Positions 29,601 to 38,613 of a stretch of DNA of 64,000 nucleotides are shown in pieces. The notes beneath the pieces were generated by a model that did no database searches, was not told where the DNA came from, and saw only the letters and a list, made by a program, of their open reading frames with translations. Position 1 is the stretch's first letter, and each line of letters begins with the position of its first letter. The DNA is from Opitutia bacterium (GTDB taxonomy: Bacteria > Verrucomicrobiota > Verrucomicrobiia > Opitutales > Opitutaceae): the NCBI GenBank assembly GCA_947461205.1, contig CANHJG010000001.1, forward strand, positions 14,126-78,125. Direction: 5' to 3'. The translations under genes and the position numbers were made by a program.

Positions 29601-30832
29601 TCTCGTCGCTCTTCGCCGAGGAACTCGGCGCCGTCATCCAGATCCGCGCCGACGACCTCGACGACGTTTCCCTCACCCTCCGCGAACACGGCTTCAAAGC
29701 CTGCACGACGCGCGTCGGCACGCTCAACCGCACGCACACGCTCCGCATCACGCGCGGCGGCAGGACGCTCTTCGAAGAAAACCTCTTCAACCTGCGCGCC
29801 ATCTGGTCCGACGTCACGCGCCGCATCGCGCAGCTCCGCGACCACCCCGCCTCCGCCGAAGCCGAACACCGCCTCCGCCTCGACCCCAAGAACCCCGGCA
29901 TCACGCCGAAGCTCACCTTCGATTTCCCCAAACCATTGGACACAGAGAGCACAGAGGTGAGCACAGAGCCCACCGAGTCCTTTCCCTCAGCCCGGCTTTC
30001 CTCCGTGACTTCTGTGACTCCCTCCGTGACGAAGATCGAACTCCGGGATCGATCTACCCGCCCGCGCATCGCGATTCTCCGCGAACAGGGCGTCAACGGC
30101 GAAGTCGAAATGGCCGCCGCCTTCACCCGCGCCGGCTTCACCGCCATCGACGTCCACATGACCGACATCCTCAGCGGTCGCGTCTCGCTTCAGGATTTCC
30201 GCGGCCTCGCTGCCTGCGGCGGTTTCAGCTACGGCGACGTCCTCGGCGCCGGCGAAGGCTGGGCCAAGAGCATTCTCTTCAACGAGCGCGCCCGCGCCGA
30301 GTTCGCCGCCTTCTTCGCCCGCGCGGACACCTTCGCGCTCGGCGTCTGCAACGGCTGCCAGATGATGAGCAACCTCCACAGCATCATCCCCGGCTCCGAC
30401 CACTGGCCGCGCTTCGTGCAAAACCAGAGCGAGCGCTACGAAGGCCGCTACGTCTCCGTCCGCATCGACCCCTCGCCCAGCATCCTCTTCGCCGGCATGG
30501 CGGGCAGCGTGATTCCGATCGCCGTCGCCCACGGCGAAGGCTACGCCGAATTTGCCAACTCCGCCGCGATGCAGCGTTGTAACACCTCTGGCCTCGTCGC
30601 CGCCCGCTTCGTCGACAACCACCACCACGTCACCGAACAGTATCCGCTCAACCCGAACGGCTCGCCCCAGGGCATGACCGCCCTCACGACGACGAACGGC
30701 CGTGTGACGATCATGATGCCCCATCCCGAACGCGTCTTCCGCAGCGCGTGCATGAGCTGGGCGCCGGCCGACTGGCCCGAGGACTCCCCCTGGATGAAAC
30801 TCTTCCGCAACGCGCGCGAGTGGGTGGGGTGA
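26627..30832 (+). CDS. purL: phosphoribosylformylglycinamidine synthase, single-chain large PurL
   Basis: Collinear with E. coli PurL along its length ([14 protein letters not shown].., [36 protein letters not shown]-terminal glutaminase [13 protein letters not shown]). At 1401 aa it is about 100 aa longer than E. coli because of insertions. Confidence 0.95.
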   Translation: MLILRGSPALSPFRLQKLLDDLVAAGLPVRAVAAEFVHVAALAAVGPGLPARDLTAAEHSVLVQLLTYGPRRAAAPVTGLVQIVAPRPGTLSPWSSKATDIAHLCGLTAVQRLERVVAFTVDLGPVSDLQLSTFSLQLAAKLSDRMTQVVFGDLAACAALFRHEAPRPMTSVPVLAAGRAALVAANADLGLALADDEIDYLVQAFTTLGRDPHDIELMMFAQANSEHCRHKIFNATWDIDGAARDHSLFQMIKHTYTLHSAGILSAYKDNAAVLTGTRGGRFYTDPRTHEYAAHDEDIHLLCKVETHNHPTAISPFPGAATGSGGEIRDEGATGRGSKPKAGLVGFTVSNLRLPGAIQPWEKDNGKPDRIVSALDIMIEGPLGAAAFNNEFGRPAINGYFRTFEQAVSSAGGSELARAASASPAKEIRGYHKPIMLAGGLGNIKAEHVKKGAIHPGDQLIVLGGPAMLIGLGGGAASSMASGHGNEDLDFASVQRDNPEMERRCQEVIDRCWALGDDNPISFIHDVGAGGVSNALPELVNDGGRGGKFNLRALPNAEPGLSPLEIWCNEAQERYVLAVPAAHLDLFARLCARERCPFAVVGEATAEKQLVLEDPHFQNCPIDLPLDVLLGKPPRMHRTDTTQKRPQHPLDLTTLTPAPTGPKKPYSAATAVATERAALAEAIRRVLSHPTVADKTFLISIGDRTLGGLIARDQMVGPWQVPVADCAVTAATFDVTTGEAMAMGERTPVAVNNAAASARLAVGEALTNLAAAQIGDLGKVNLSANWMAAPAIPGDGADLYAAVQAVGLELCPALGITIPVGKDSMSMSTGWNDAATGEKKRITAPVSLIVSAFAPVADIRLSLTPQLQRPALAPGEVGSLNASHAANASTPHLNIDPQPDTVLLLIDLGRGQNRLGGSILAQTVSQMGEATPDVDQPRDLKNFWNAIQLLGRQKKLLAYHDRSDGGLLATVAEMAFAGHTGVDLEIPPGHEVFSSLFAEELGAVIQIRADDLDDVSLTLREHGFKACTTRVGTLNRTHTLRITRGGRTLFEENLFNLRAIWSDVTRRIAQLRDHPASAEAEHRLRLDPKNPGITPKLTFDFPKPLDTESTEVSTEPTESFPSARLSSVTSVTPSVTKIELRDRSTRPRIAILREQGVNGEVEMAAAFTRAGFTAIDVHMTDILSGRVSLQDFRGLAACGGFSYGDVLGAGEGWAKSILFNERARAEFAAFFARADTFALGVCNGCQMMSNLHSIIPGSDHWPRFVQNQSERYEGRYVSVRIDPSPSILFAGMAGSVIPIAVAHGEGYAEFANSAAMQRCNTSGLVAARFVDNHHHVTEQYPLNPNGSPQGMTALTTTNGRVTIMMPHPERVFRSACMSWAPADWPEDSPWMKLFRNAREWVG
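27012..27039 (+). repeat. three copies of heptamer TTCAACT (two tandem) in an AT-rich pocket inside purL
   Basis: Seen directly at 27012-18, 27019-25 and 27033-39. Translated in frame as [10 protein letters not shown]. Confidence 0.6.
29938..30030 (+). repeat. imperfect inverted repeat translated in frame in the purL interdomain linker
   Basis: The left arm (29938-29968) has 3 CACAGAG-type units and reads TESTEVSTE. The right arm (30001-30030) has 3 C(C/T)GTGAC-type units and reads [11 protein letters not shown]. The units are approximate reverse complements and the spacer is about 32 nt. Confidence 0.5.
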
Positions 30833-31464
30833 GCAGCTCACTAGGTCCACGACGCGCAAGTTCGAGCAAGAGGGTGGGGCGACTGTCCGCACCCCCTCGT
30901 CGTTCTCGCTGCGCTGCGCGAGGCGGTCTGCCCACGGCAAGGGCCGGGGCAGCGCAGCTTGCTTGACCACGCCGTCGTGGGCACAGGGCCGTTTCGCGCC
31001 GTGACGAAGCATCGGTTTATCGGACGCGCTAAAGGGCGAGGGGGAGGCTCCGTGCCCGGCAAAAATGGGCGAAGGCGTGTTGATGAATTCGCTTCTCATC
31101 TCCGCGTTGTCGCCGGCCATCACGCCAAAACACCGGCGCGTCCTTCATTTCTTTTTTCACTCGGAACGGTCACGCCCCGAGGCTTGGCCTCGCGCCGATT
31201 TGTGATCTCCAAAGTCGCGATGGTCATCTACGTCACGACGAACAATCTCTCGCTCGGCCCGGGCACCCGCTCCGCTCAGCCCGTTCCCGCACTCGCGCCG
31301 TAGGGTCCCCGCCGCTGCCTGGGTCGCACGGAGCTTCAGCCCGTGCTTTTGCGCCGATCCGCCTGCACCTCCCAACGCGGGCGAAGCCCCGCGTTCCCCA
31401 CGCTGGCATGCCGGTTGCATCCGCCCACGGAATGCCTTTCCTCGCGCCCTCACCTCATCTCGGA

Positions 31465-32943
31465 ATGTCCTCCACCCTTCGCTCCGCCTCCGCTCTCCTC
31501 GCCCTCGTCTCGCTCGCCTTTTTCGCGGTCACTCCACCTCGCGCCCACGCGGCCACACCCGCGCCATCCCCCACCGCCGTCTTCGACGACCTCAAGGCCC
31601 ACGCGACGCCCGACGAACTCTACCGCCTCCTCTTCGCCCTCCCCAAGGGCGGCGACCTCCACCACCACAGCGGCGGCGGCGTCCCGATGGACTACGTCGT
31701 CGAGTATTACACCAACCCCGCCCGCAATCGCGGTCAGAAATTCTACCTCCGCACGACCATCACTCACGTGCCCGGCGCCCCCACCCCTGCCCTGCCCGAG
31801 GTCCTCTTCCACGTCGTCCGCGAGTCCACCTGGAAAACCTTTCTGCCCGCCCTCCGCGCCCAGTGGAAACTCGTCACGGACCTCACCGCCGAGGAAAAAT
31901 CCGCGTGGCTCTCCGGCCTCAAACTCGACCTGCCCGGCGAGGGGCGCGACGAGTTTTTCGAGAAAACCTGGTTCCGCCTCGGCCCCATCTTCAGCGATAT
32001 CACCCTCGGCCCCGACCTCCTCGTCGAAAATATGAAGGCCTTCGGCCGCGAAAGCGTCCGCTACCTCGAAATGCAAGTCAGCCCTTGGGGCGGCACCGAC
32101 GCCGATGGCCAGCCGGTCTCGCCCGAGGCCTATTACCAGGCCTACCAAACCCGCCTCGCCCAACCCGACGCGCTCGCCACCGGCGTCACCGTGCGGCTCC
32201 AAATCATCGTTCTCCGTTTCCTCCCCGGCGCCGAGGCCAAGATCCGCGATGCCTTCGCCTTCATCGACGCCCACCGCGATCTCTTCGTCGGCCTCAACCT
32301 CGCCGGCCGCGAGGACAACGGCAAAGGCCAGGCCGCCCGCTTCACCGAGGTCTTCCGCGAAATGCAGCGCAAATTCCCCCGCATCCCGCTCGCCATCCAC
32401 GCCGGCGAGTCCGACGAGGCCAACACCAACATCCGCGACACCCTGCTCCTCGGCGCCGACCGCATCGGCCACGGCGTCAATATCCTCAAAGACCCCGCGA
32501 CCTACCTCCTGCTCCGGAACAACCGCTACCTCGTCGAAATCAACTTGGTGAGCAACCGCGTCCTCGAATACGTCTCCGATCCGTTGCAACACCCCTTCCC
32601 CGTACTCCTGCGCACCGGCGTCCCCGTTTGCCTCAACACCGACGATCGCGGCATGTGGGACTCGAACTTCACCGACGAATACGTCACCGCCGTCTCCCAC
32701 TATAACTTGAGCTGGGCCGAAGTCGTTTCCCTCGCCCGCACCAGCCTCGTCCACGCGTTCCTCGACGCACCCACGAAAACGCGCCTCCTCGCCGACTACG
32801 AAAAAGCCGTCTCCGCCTACGAGGTCCGGTACCTCACCGCCGACTGGCGCCACGCCTCGACATCCATCGCCCCCATCGTGTCGAACTACGGAAAAAAAAC
32901 CTTTCGGCTCAACGCGCCGGTCACCCTCGGCGAATTGCGCTGA
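31465..32943 (+). CDS. secreted adenosine deaminase, ADGF/CECR1-like subfamily
   Basis: The ATG at 31465 gives a signal peptide (MSSTLRSASALLALVSLAFFAV..AHA). ADA motifs GGDLHHHSGGG, IHAGES and CLNTDDRG are present. The length and N-terminal extension resemble ADGF-type enzymes. Confidence 0.8.
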   Translation: MSSTLRSASALLALVSLAFFAVTPPRAHAATPAPSPTAVFDDLKAHATPDELYRLLFALPKGGDLHHHSGGGVPMDYVVEYYTNPARNRGQKFYLRTTITHVPGAPTPALPEVLFHVVRESTWKTFLPALRAQWKLVTDLTAEEKSAWLSGLKLDLPGEGRDEFFEKTWFRLGPIFSDITLGPDLLVENMKAFGRESVRYLEMQVSPWGGTDADGQPVSPEAYYQAYQTRLAQPDALATGVTVRLQIIVLRFLPGAEAKIRDAFAFIDAHRDLFVGLNLAGREDNGKGQAARFTEVFREMQRKFPRIPLAIHAGESDEANTNIRDTLLLGADRIGHGVNILKDPATYLLLRNNRYLVEINLVSNRVLEYVSDPLQHPFPVLLRTGVPVCLNTDDRGMWDSNFTDEYVTAVSHYNLSWAEVVSLARTSLVHAFLDAPTKTRLLADYEKAVSAYEVRYLTADWRHASTSIAPIVSNYGKKTFRLNAPVTLGELR

Positions 32944-32952
32944 GCGGCGCGA

Positions 32953-33429
32953 TTGCGTTCACCACCCGTGGGCGTCATCGATGCGCTTCTGAAAACGAAG
33001 CCGCCTCCTTCCCGTTCCACTCCGTCGCGCCCCAAGATCCTCACGGTCGACGACGCCAAGGCCGTGCGCCTCCTCACCCAGCGCGCCCTCGCCGCCTTCG
33101 ATTGCGCGGTGAGCGAAGCCCCCAACGGCTACAACGCCCTCTTCGCCATGGAGCGCGATCTCCCCGACCTCATTCTGCTCGACGTCAACATGCCCACCAT
33201 GGGCGGCCTCGAAATGCTCACGATGATGCGCTCCAACCCCACCCTCCGCGCGATCCCCGTCATCATGCTCACGTCACCGGCCGACCACGGCGTGCTCGAC
33301 CAACTCTCCGCCCTCGGCATCAGCGGCCTCGTCCAGAAGCCCTTCACCCCGGCCGCCCTGGTCGAGAAAATCCGCGCCGTCATCCCGCTGCCGCCGGCCC
33401 CGCCCTCCGCGACCGCCCAGCCAGCCTAA
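32953..33429 (+). CDS. single-domain response regulator (CheY-like receiver)
   Basis: ILTVDDA, LILLDVNMP, VIMLTS and QKPF are present. The start is TTG at 32953 or GTG at 32968. Confidence 0.8.
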   Translation: MRSPPVGVIDALLKTKPPPSRSTPSRPKILTVDDAKAVRLLTQRALAAFDCAVSEAPNGYNALFAMERDLPDLILLDVNMPTMGGLEMLTMMRSNPTLRAIPVIMLTSPADHGVLDQLSALGISGLVQKPFTPAALVEKIRAVIPLPPAPPSATAQPA

Positions 33430-33447
33430 ACCCGCCAGGACACGCCC

Positions 33448-33508
33448 GACGGAGCGGCGGTTTCCAACCGCCGTCAGCCCCGCAGCCCTAGGCGCTTGGG
33501 AAAGCGCC
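33448..33508 (+). terminator. two consecutive GC-rich stem-loops downstream of the receiver gene (no U-tract)
   Basis: GGCGGTT-TCC-AACCGCC at 33456-33472, with flanking GAC/GTC. GGCGCTT-GGGA-AAGCGCC at 33491-33508. Confidence 0.3.
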
Positions 33509-33624
33509 CCTCCCATCGCAGTCCCATCCCTGCCCGAACCTCGCTCGCCCCCAACCTTCCAGTTGCACTCAACCCCGGCCGGCCGCAGGGTTCCCGACCC
33601 GGGGCTGATCCGCCCCGGGATTTC

Positions 33625-34677
33625 ATGCCTTTCCACACTCTGCGGCGCCTCGGTGCCCGCATCTCTTCCGCCATCCGCTGCCTCTTCGCCCGCGCCGAGT
33701 CGCCAGAGGAGCGCTATCGCGACTTCAACGGCCGCTACTTCTCCGGTTTCTACGAACAGGAGCGCATGCTCGCCGACCAACCGCGCATGAAATTCTATCA
33801 CGCCGCGATCCAACGCCACATCCAGCCCGGCGACCGCGTCATCGATCTCGGCACCGGCACCGGCATCCTCGCCGCCCTCGCCGCCCGCCGCGGCGCCGCC
33901 CAAGTCTACGCCATCGACCACTCCTCGATCTTGACGACCGCCCGCACACTCGCCGCCGCCAACCACCTCGAACGCGTCGAATTCATTTCCACCCACAGTA
34001 CGGATTTTTCCCTCCCCGAACGCGTCGACGTCATCCTCCACGAACAAATGGGCGACTGCCTTTTCGACGAAGCGATGGTCGCCAATGTCAGCGATCTCCG
34101 CGACCGCCTCTTGAAACCCGGCGGCCTGATCTTGCCGAGCCGCTTCGAATTTTTCTGCGAACCGATCAAAATCCGCGACGAGCGGCACGTCCCGTTCATC
34201 TGGGAACTGGCGGTGCACGGTTACGACTACTCCGTGCTCGAGCGCCAGCGCCCGCAGGACCCCGACTACTATCAGGTCCGCAGCAGCGATCTCGCCCTCG
34301 TCGACCACTGCCTCGGCGAACCCGCCCCCCTGCTCACGCTCGACCTGCACACCGTCAACGAAGCGGCCCTGCCGCACGTCCTCACCTTCGCTCGGACCGT
34401 CGTGCACGCCGGCCGCCTCGACGGCTACGCCGTCTACTTCCGCGCACTCGTCGACCACGACCTGAGCCTGGGCTCGGGCCCGCTCGACCCGGGCCGCGCC
34501 CCCCACTGGGGCTTTCGCATTCTCCGCACCGACCGCGACGATTTTCTCGTCGGCGACACCATCGAGGTCCGTCTCACCGTCGGCCGCTGGTCCGAAATCG
34601 ACACCTGGCGCTGGTCGCACGTGAAGCGCGCCTCGGCCAAGACCGATGGTGCGCCCGCCTCCTCTCTGCCGTCCTGA
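33625..34677 (+). CDS. protein arginine N-methyltransferase (PRMT)-like class I SAM methyltransferase
   Basis: The ATG at 33625 gives 350 aa. Motif I VIDLGTGTGILA, post-I VYAIDHS, double-E-loop-like VDVILHEQMGDCLFDEAM, motif III LKPGGLILP and a THW-like PHWGF are present. A C-terminal region of about 170 aa is the right size for a PRMT beta-barrel. Confidence 0.75.
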   Translation: MPFHTLRRLGARISSAIRCLFARAESPEERYRDFNGRYFSGFYEQERMLADQPRMKFYHAAIQRHIQPGDRVIDLGTGTGILAALAARRGAAQVYAIDHSSILTTARTLAAANHLERVEFISTHSTDFSLPERVDVILHEQMGDCLFDEAMVANVSDLRDRLLKPGGLILPSRFEFFCEPIKIRDERHVPFIWELAVHGYDYSVLERQRPQDPDYYQVRSSDLALVDHCLGEPAPLLTLDLHTVNEAALPHVLTFARTVVHAGRLDGYAVYFRALVDHDLSLGSGPLDPGRAPHWGFRILRTDRDDFLVGDTIEVRLTVGRWSEIDTWRWSHVKRASAKTDGAPASSLPS

Positions 34678-34738
34678 CCGACGCTCGGCCGGCCACGGGC
34701 CGGGCGACGGCGGACGTTTTTGCGCCGGCCACCCCGCT

Positions 34739-35074
34739 TCAATACCGGCTCATCACGCCGTAAAAAATAAACCACGCCAACCCGCTCCAGAGCGCGACCC
34801 CGGTCAACGCGAGCTTCAGCGTCACCGCGACGTCGGCGGTGCCCAACACCCGGAAAGCCAAACCCAAAATCACCGCGCTTCCGCTGCCGGCGAGCAAAAG
34901 GTAGTCCCGCGAGCGCCGGCTGAACGTCGGAATTTCGCGCGGCGGCAGCGGCTTCGCTCCGTGTCGCCGCAATTCGTGCAGCAACTCCTCGTTCGTCGGA
35001 AAACGGTCGGAATCGGCCGCACGCGCCGGCTGCGTAGGCTTCTTCTTCAACGTAAGCTTGGAGTTTTCCACCAT
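34739..35074 (-). CDS. small membrane protein, hypothetical
   Basis: 111 aa with a basic N-terminus followed by two hydrophobic helices. GC3 is coding-like. Confidence 0.6.
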   Translation of the reverse strand: MVENSKLTLKKKPTQPARAADSDRFPTNEELLHELRRHGAKPLPPREIPTFSRRSRDYLLLAGSGSAVILGLAFRVLGTADVAVTLKLALTGVALWSGLAWFIFYGVMSRY

Positions 35075-35136
35075 GGCTGAACGACCCCTTCGCTACCAGA
35101 AACTGCGCCCGACACCAGTCCGGGTTTTCGCGCCCT

Positions 35137-35673
35137 TTAATGCGGCTTCGGTACCAAACTATAAATGAAATGATCCACCGTCCGGTTGTGGAGCACCTCC
35201 GCGTTTTTCAGCGTGCTGATCTGCTTAAATCCCAGCCGCTTCACCAACACCCGCGCGCGGACATTCTCCGTCGCGACGCCCACGACAATCCGGTTGACGA
35301 GGAGCTGCGTGAACGCGTGCGCAAACACCACGGAGCAACACTGGGCCATAATTCCCTGCCCCTGCGCCGCCGGCACCAGCCACCAGCCGGGAAACGCGAT
35401 GCGCGCCGCCGGATCGATGCGGTTGTGCCCGATCACCCCGACCAGCGAGCCCATCGACCAAATCCCCGACTGATAAGCCCGCGTCGCCGCCCGGTCCCGC
35501 AGCGCGCCCGCGATGAATTTCTCCGAGTCCGCCACTTTCCCGGTCGCGTCGACCCACGGCAGCCACTCGCGCAGCGTCCCCCGGTTCGCCTCCACCACCG
35601 CAAAGAGCGCAGCGGCATCGCCCGGCTGCAACAGCCGCAGTTCGAGCCCGGGATTGATTTTGTGACGCAGCAT
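35137..35673 (-). CDS. GNAT family N-acetyltransferase (RimJ/RimL-like)
   Basis: The ATG at 35673 gives MLRHKINPGLELRLLQPGDA. The acetyl-CoA motif region (AAQGQGIMAQ) and ..LGF.. are present. Confidence 0.85.
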   Translation of the reverse strand: MLRHKINPGLELRLLQPGDAAALFAVVEANRGTLREWLPWVDATGKVADSEKFIAGALRDRAATRAYQSGIWSMGSLVGVIGHNRIDPAARIAFPGWWLVPAAQGQGIMAQCCSVVFAHAFTQLLVNRIVVGVATENVRARVLVKRLGFKQISTLKNAEVLHNRTVDHFIYSLVPKPH

Positions 35674-35793
35674 GGCGGAAACGTTGCTTCTGTTGGGCCC
35701 CGAAACTCCCCGGGTGGCAACGGCGGAGTTCGGCCGCCCTGCACAATCCGGTTTTGACCGCCCCACCCCGCCCCGCGCTCTCGACGCCGTCCC

Positions 35794-36340
35794 ATGAGCC
35801 CCTTCATCGCTTTACTCTCCGGCATCAATCTGGGCAAACCCCGCGTCAAGCTGGACCGCCGGGCGCGATGCTTCGAGGAACTGCACTTCACCGGCGTCGC
35901 GACCTTCATCGCCAGCGGCAACGTAATTTTTTCCAGCCCATCATCCGACGGCCGGAAACTCGCCCGGCAAATTGAGCCACCTCTCGCGACCCCGCTCGGC
36001 GACGACGTCGACCCGTTCGTTCGCACGCGCGCCGAAGTCGCGGCGGTCGCCGCACTCTCTCCGTTCGCCCCGGCCGACCTGCGCGATCCCGCCACCACCT
36101 TCACGTGAGCTTTCTCGCCGCCGCCCTCACGTCCGAACAACAGCGCGGACTCGAAGCATGCCGCCCCGACGCGGACGAATTTCGCTTCGTGGGACGCAAC
36201 TACGACTGGCTCTGCCGTCGCATCAAGCCACCCCGAGTCGAAGATTTGGAGCTCGCGAGAACGGAAAGCGCTCAAGCTCTCCTCCTCGTCGATGCGTAAC
36301 CTCACGGCGATCCGCAAACTCGCGGCCCGCTACCCGGCAT
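35794..36340 (+). pseudogene. DUF1697 family protein, disrupted by at least two frameshifts
   Basis: ALLSGINLGK..V.....R..FEELHFTGVATFIASGNVIF matches the DUF1697 N-terminus. There is a stop at 36106-36108. The family continues in the next frame (VSFLAAAL...EFRFVGRNYDW) and again in a third frame from 36292 (MRNLTAIRKLAA). Confidence 0.65.
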
Positions 36341-36384
36341 CAGGCCCACCCGCTTCGCGCGGCTTGCCACCCACACCGCCCGGC

Positions 36385-36639
36385 TCAGCTTTTCTTCGCT
36401 AGCATCGCCGCCAGCACGTCCGGCTGAATCTCCCCGTGCACCGCGTGCAGGTGGTGCAAAACCCCCATGCGATCCTCGGCGCTCGACGACGAAATCTCGA
36501 TCATCCAGTCCTCGGTCTTCGCCGCCGCCACGACCACTTCGTCGGCCCAGGCAATGACTTCGGCCGCCGTCACGGAGCCGTCCGTGATGCCCTTGATAAA
36601 ATACTCCGCCATCGTGCGGTGGTTCGCAGGTGTGTCCAT
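36385..36639 (-). CDS. small acidic hypothetical protein
   Basis: 84 aa from the ATG at 36639 (alternative at 36612) with coding-like GC3. It lies 34 nt downstream of the SGNH-DUF1080 gene on the same strand. Confidence 0.5.
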   Translation of the reverse strand: MDTPANHRTMAEYFIKGITDGSVTAAEVIAWADEVVVAAAKTEDWMIEISSSSAEDRMGVLHHLHAVHGEIQPDVLAAMLAKKS

Positions 36640-36673
36640 AAGGCTGCTCAGCAGACGCGTTGGCGCGGGAAAC

Positions 36674-37981
36674 TCAACGTGTTTCCTGCACGCGGATGCG
36701 CCGGTATTCGATCTGCCCCTTGTCGCTCTCGACTCCGATCGGGCCGGTCGCCGGCACCGGAAACGCGTCGACGAGCACCTCGCCGTTGCACGTCGCATGC
36801 GCGAGGCCGCCCTTCACCGTGATGACGACTTCGTTCCACTCGAGCGGACGATAGTGCTTCAGGGTGAGCCAAGGGCCCGCGAGATGAAAGTCGCGCATCT
36901 GCAGCTGCGGCTCGCGCACAAACACGCCGCTGTCGGCATTCGGGCTCGCGCGAAACTCCAGCTTCAGCACGAAGTCACTCGGGAATTTCCGCGTCGTCAT
37001 CAGCTTCCGATACGCCCGCTCCTCGCGGGCCACGGTGACGACGAGGCGGCCGTTGCGCACCGCGAAACGCCCGTCGTCGCTCACGGTCTGGCCGTCGAAC
37101 GCGGGCTTGTCCGCGTAGCCCCAGCCAGTGAGATCCCGCCCGTTGTACAAACGTTCGAATCCGGGCTCGGGCGCAAAATCGTCGGGCCACGCCGGCGCGA
37201 GGCCGACCGTCTCCAGCACGGGCCGGAGGGCGGCCGCGAGCTTGATATAGCCTTCGGCGTTCGGATGGAGCAGGTCGGGAAATTCCCCGGCCTTCGCGTC
37301 ACCCTGGGCGTTGGCAAAGAGCGTCCACGTGTCCACCCACGTGACCTGCGGCTCGTCCTTGAGCAGCGCAAAACACTGCTGGTTGATCTTCTTGATCTGG
37401 TCTGCGGGGCGTTTCTTGGTCGTGGAACTGGGAAACACCGCACACAGCACAACCGGCATCGCCGGGTTGTGGGCCCGGAGGGCGGCGAGAATCAGCTTGA
37501 GATTGCCCGCCGTGGATTCCGGCGCCGCCCCCTCCTCAAGATCGTTCGTGCCGATGAGCAACACGATGCCGCGCGGCTTCAGCGCGAGCACATCCTCCTC
37601 CAGCCGGAGCAGCACACCGCGCGTCGTGTCGCCGCTGATGCCGCGGTTCACGGTCTTGATGCCCGGAAAAAGCTGCGTGAGATTCGCCGCCCAGCCTTGC
37701 GTGATCGAGTCGCCCAGAAACACGAGTCCGTCCTGATCCTGCTTCACCCGCTTCGCCCAACCGCTGCGTTTCTCGGTCCAAAGCTTCTGAAACCAGTCGT
37801 AACGCCGGATCGGTCCCGTGCCCGGCAAGCCGTCGTCGCTCGCCGGGACCATGAACGGCGCCGCGGCGGCCCGCGGCGGCATCGCCGCAGGCGTCGCCGC
37901 CGGTTGCGCCTGACCAGCCGCACTGATCAGCAGCGCGGCGCCGGCGAAGGATAGGCCAAGACGGTAATGGAGGGTCTTCAT
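36674..37981 (-). CDS. secreted SGNH/GDSL hydrolase fused to a DUF1080 (3-keto-disaccharide hydrolase-like) domain
   Basis: The ATG at 37981 overlaps the upstream stop (ATGA). SGNH blocks FLGDSITQGW, NRGISGDTT, LIGTNDL and DLLHPN are present. The C-terminal part (FERLYNGRDLTGW...FAVRNGRLVV...IEYRRIRV) is typical of DUF1080. Confidence 0.85.
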   Translation of the reverse strand: MKTLHYRLGLSFAGAALLISAAGQAQPAATPAAMPPRAAAAPFMVPASDDGLPGTGPIRRYDWFQKLWTEKRSGWAKRVKQDQDGLVFLGDSITQGWAANLTQLFPGIKTVNRGISGDTTRGVLLRLEEDVLALKPRGIVLLIGTNDLEEGAAPESTAGNLKLILAALRAHNPAMPVVLCAVFPSSTTKKRPADQIKKINQQCFALLKDEPQVTWVDTWTLFANAQGDAKAGEFPDLLHPNAEGYIKLAAALRPVLETVGLAPAWPDDFAPEPGFERLYNGRDLTGWGYADKPAFDGQTVSDDGRFAVRNGRLVVTVAREERAYRKLMTTRKFPSDFVLKLEFRASPNADSGVFVREPQLQMRDFHLAGPWLTLKHYRPLEWNEVVITVKGGLAHATCNGEVLVDAFPVPATGPIGVESDKGQIEYRRIRVQETR

Positions 37982-38595
37982 TTGGTCCAATTGACGTTGC
38001 CGACTTCCGCCAGCGGAATGCACCCGTCGAAACGACCGGGCACCGGGTCGTAGTGCAGCACCGTCCGCCCGACCCGCTCCGAAGTGAAATAGCCGACCAC
38101 CGTCAGCTCTTTGATCTGGTGAAAAAACGTCCGCACCTTGCCCTTCGCCGCCTCGGCCGTCGCGACGAGTAACGCGTCCTGCTGCACCGCAGTCAGCTGG
38201 GCAAAACCACGGCCGTGCGCCGCCCCGCTCGCCACCTCGAGTCCGGCCAACCCGGCGACCACCACCGTCCGGTCCTCCTCACCGAGAAATTTGCCCACCA
38301 TCAGATCGATGAACGCCGGCACGCCCACGTCGAGCGCACCCGGCGTTTCACTGGGTGGCAAAATCCGGTCGGCGATCGCGCTCACCGCCTCAAACTGCTT
38401 CGCCGTGAGATAGACCGGCTTCGCGGCCGCCCCGATGGCGGGCGACGCCGGCTGCGCTTGGAGCACACCGGTGAGCAACGACGGTGAAATGGCCACGCCC
38501 AGCAACATCGCCGCACGGGCGATCGCCGCGCGACGCGTCATCAACTGCGCGTCCAAGGATTCAGGCTGGGTGGAAAGGGGAGAAAAGGAGTTCAT
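37978..38595 (-). CDS. gluconate 2-dehydrogenase subunit 3 family protein (Tat-signal small subunit)
   Basis: A twin-arginine signal (LMTRRAAIARAAMLLGV) and the family block LTAKQFEAVSAIADRILPPSETPGALDVGVPAFID are present. Confidence 0.85.
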   Translation of the reverse strand: MNSFSPLSTQPESLDAQLMTRRAAIARAAMLLGVAISPSLLTGVLQAQPASPAIGAAAKPVYLTAKQFEAVSAIADRILPPSETPGALDVGVPAFIDLMVGKFLGEEDRTVVVAGLAGLEVASGAAHGRGFAQLTAVQQDALLVATAEAAKGKVRTFFHQIKELTVVGYFTSERVGRTVLHYDPVPGRFDGCIPLAEVGNVNWTK

Positions 38596-38613
38596 GGTCC
38601 GGAGGTGTGGCGG

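Noticed and set aside
31083-31205. 40-codon ORF (MNSLLISALSPAITPKHRRVLHFFFHSERSRPEAWPRADL) in the long gap after purL, considered as a small toxin or leader peptide.
   Set aside because: No ribosome-binding context, poor GC3 signal and no recognisable family. Not supportable from sequence alone.
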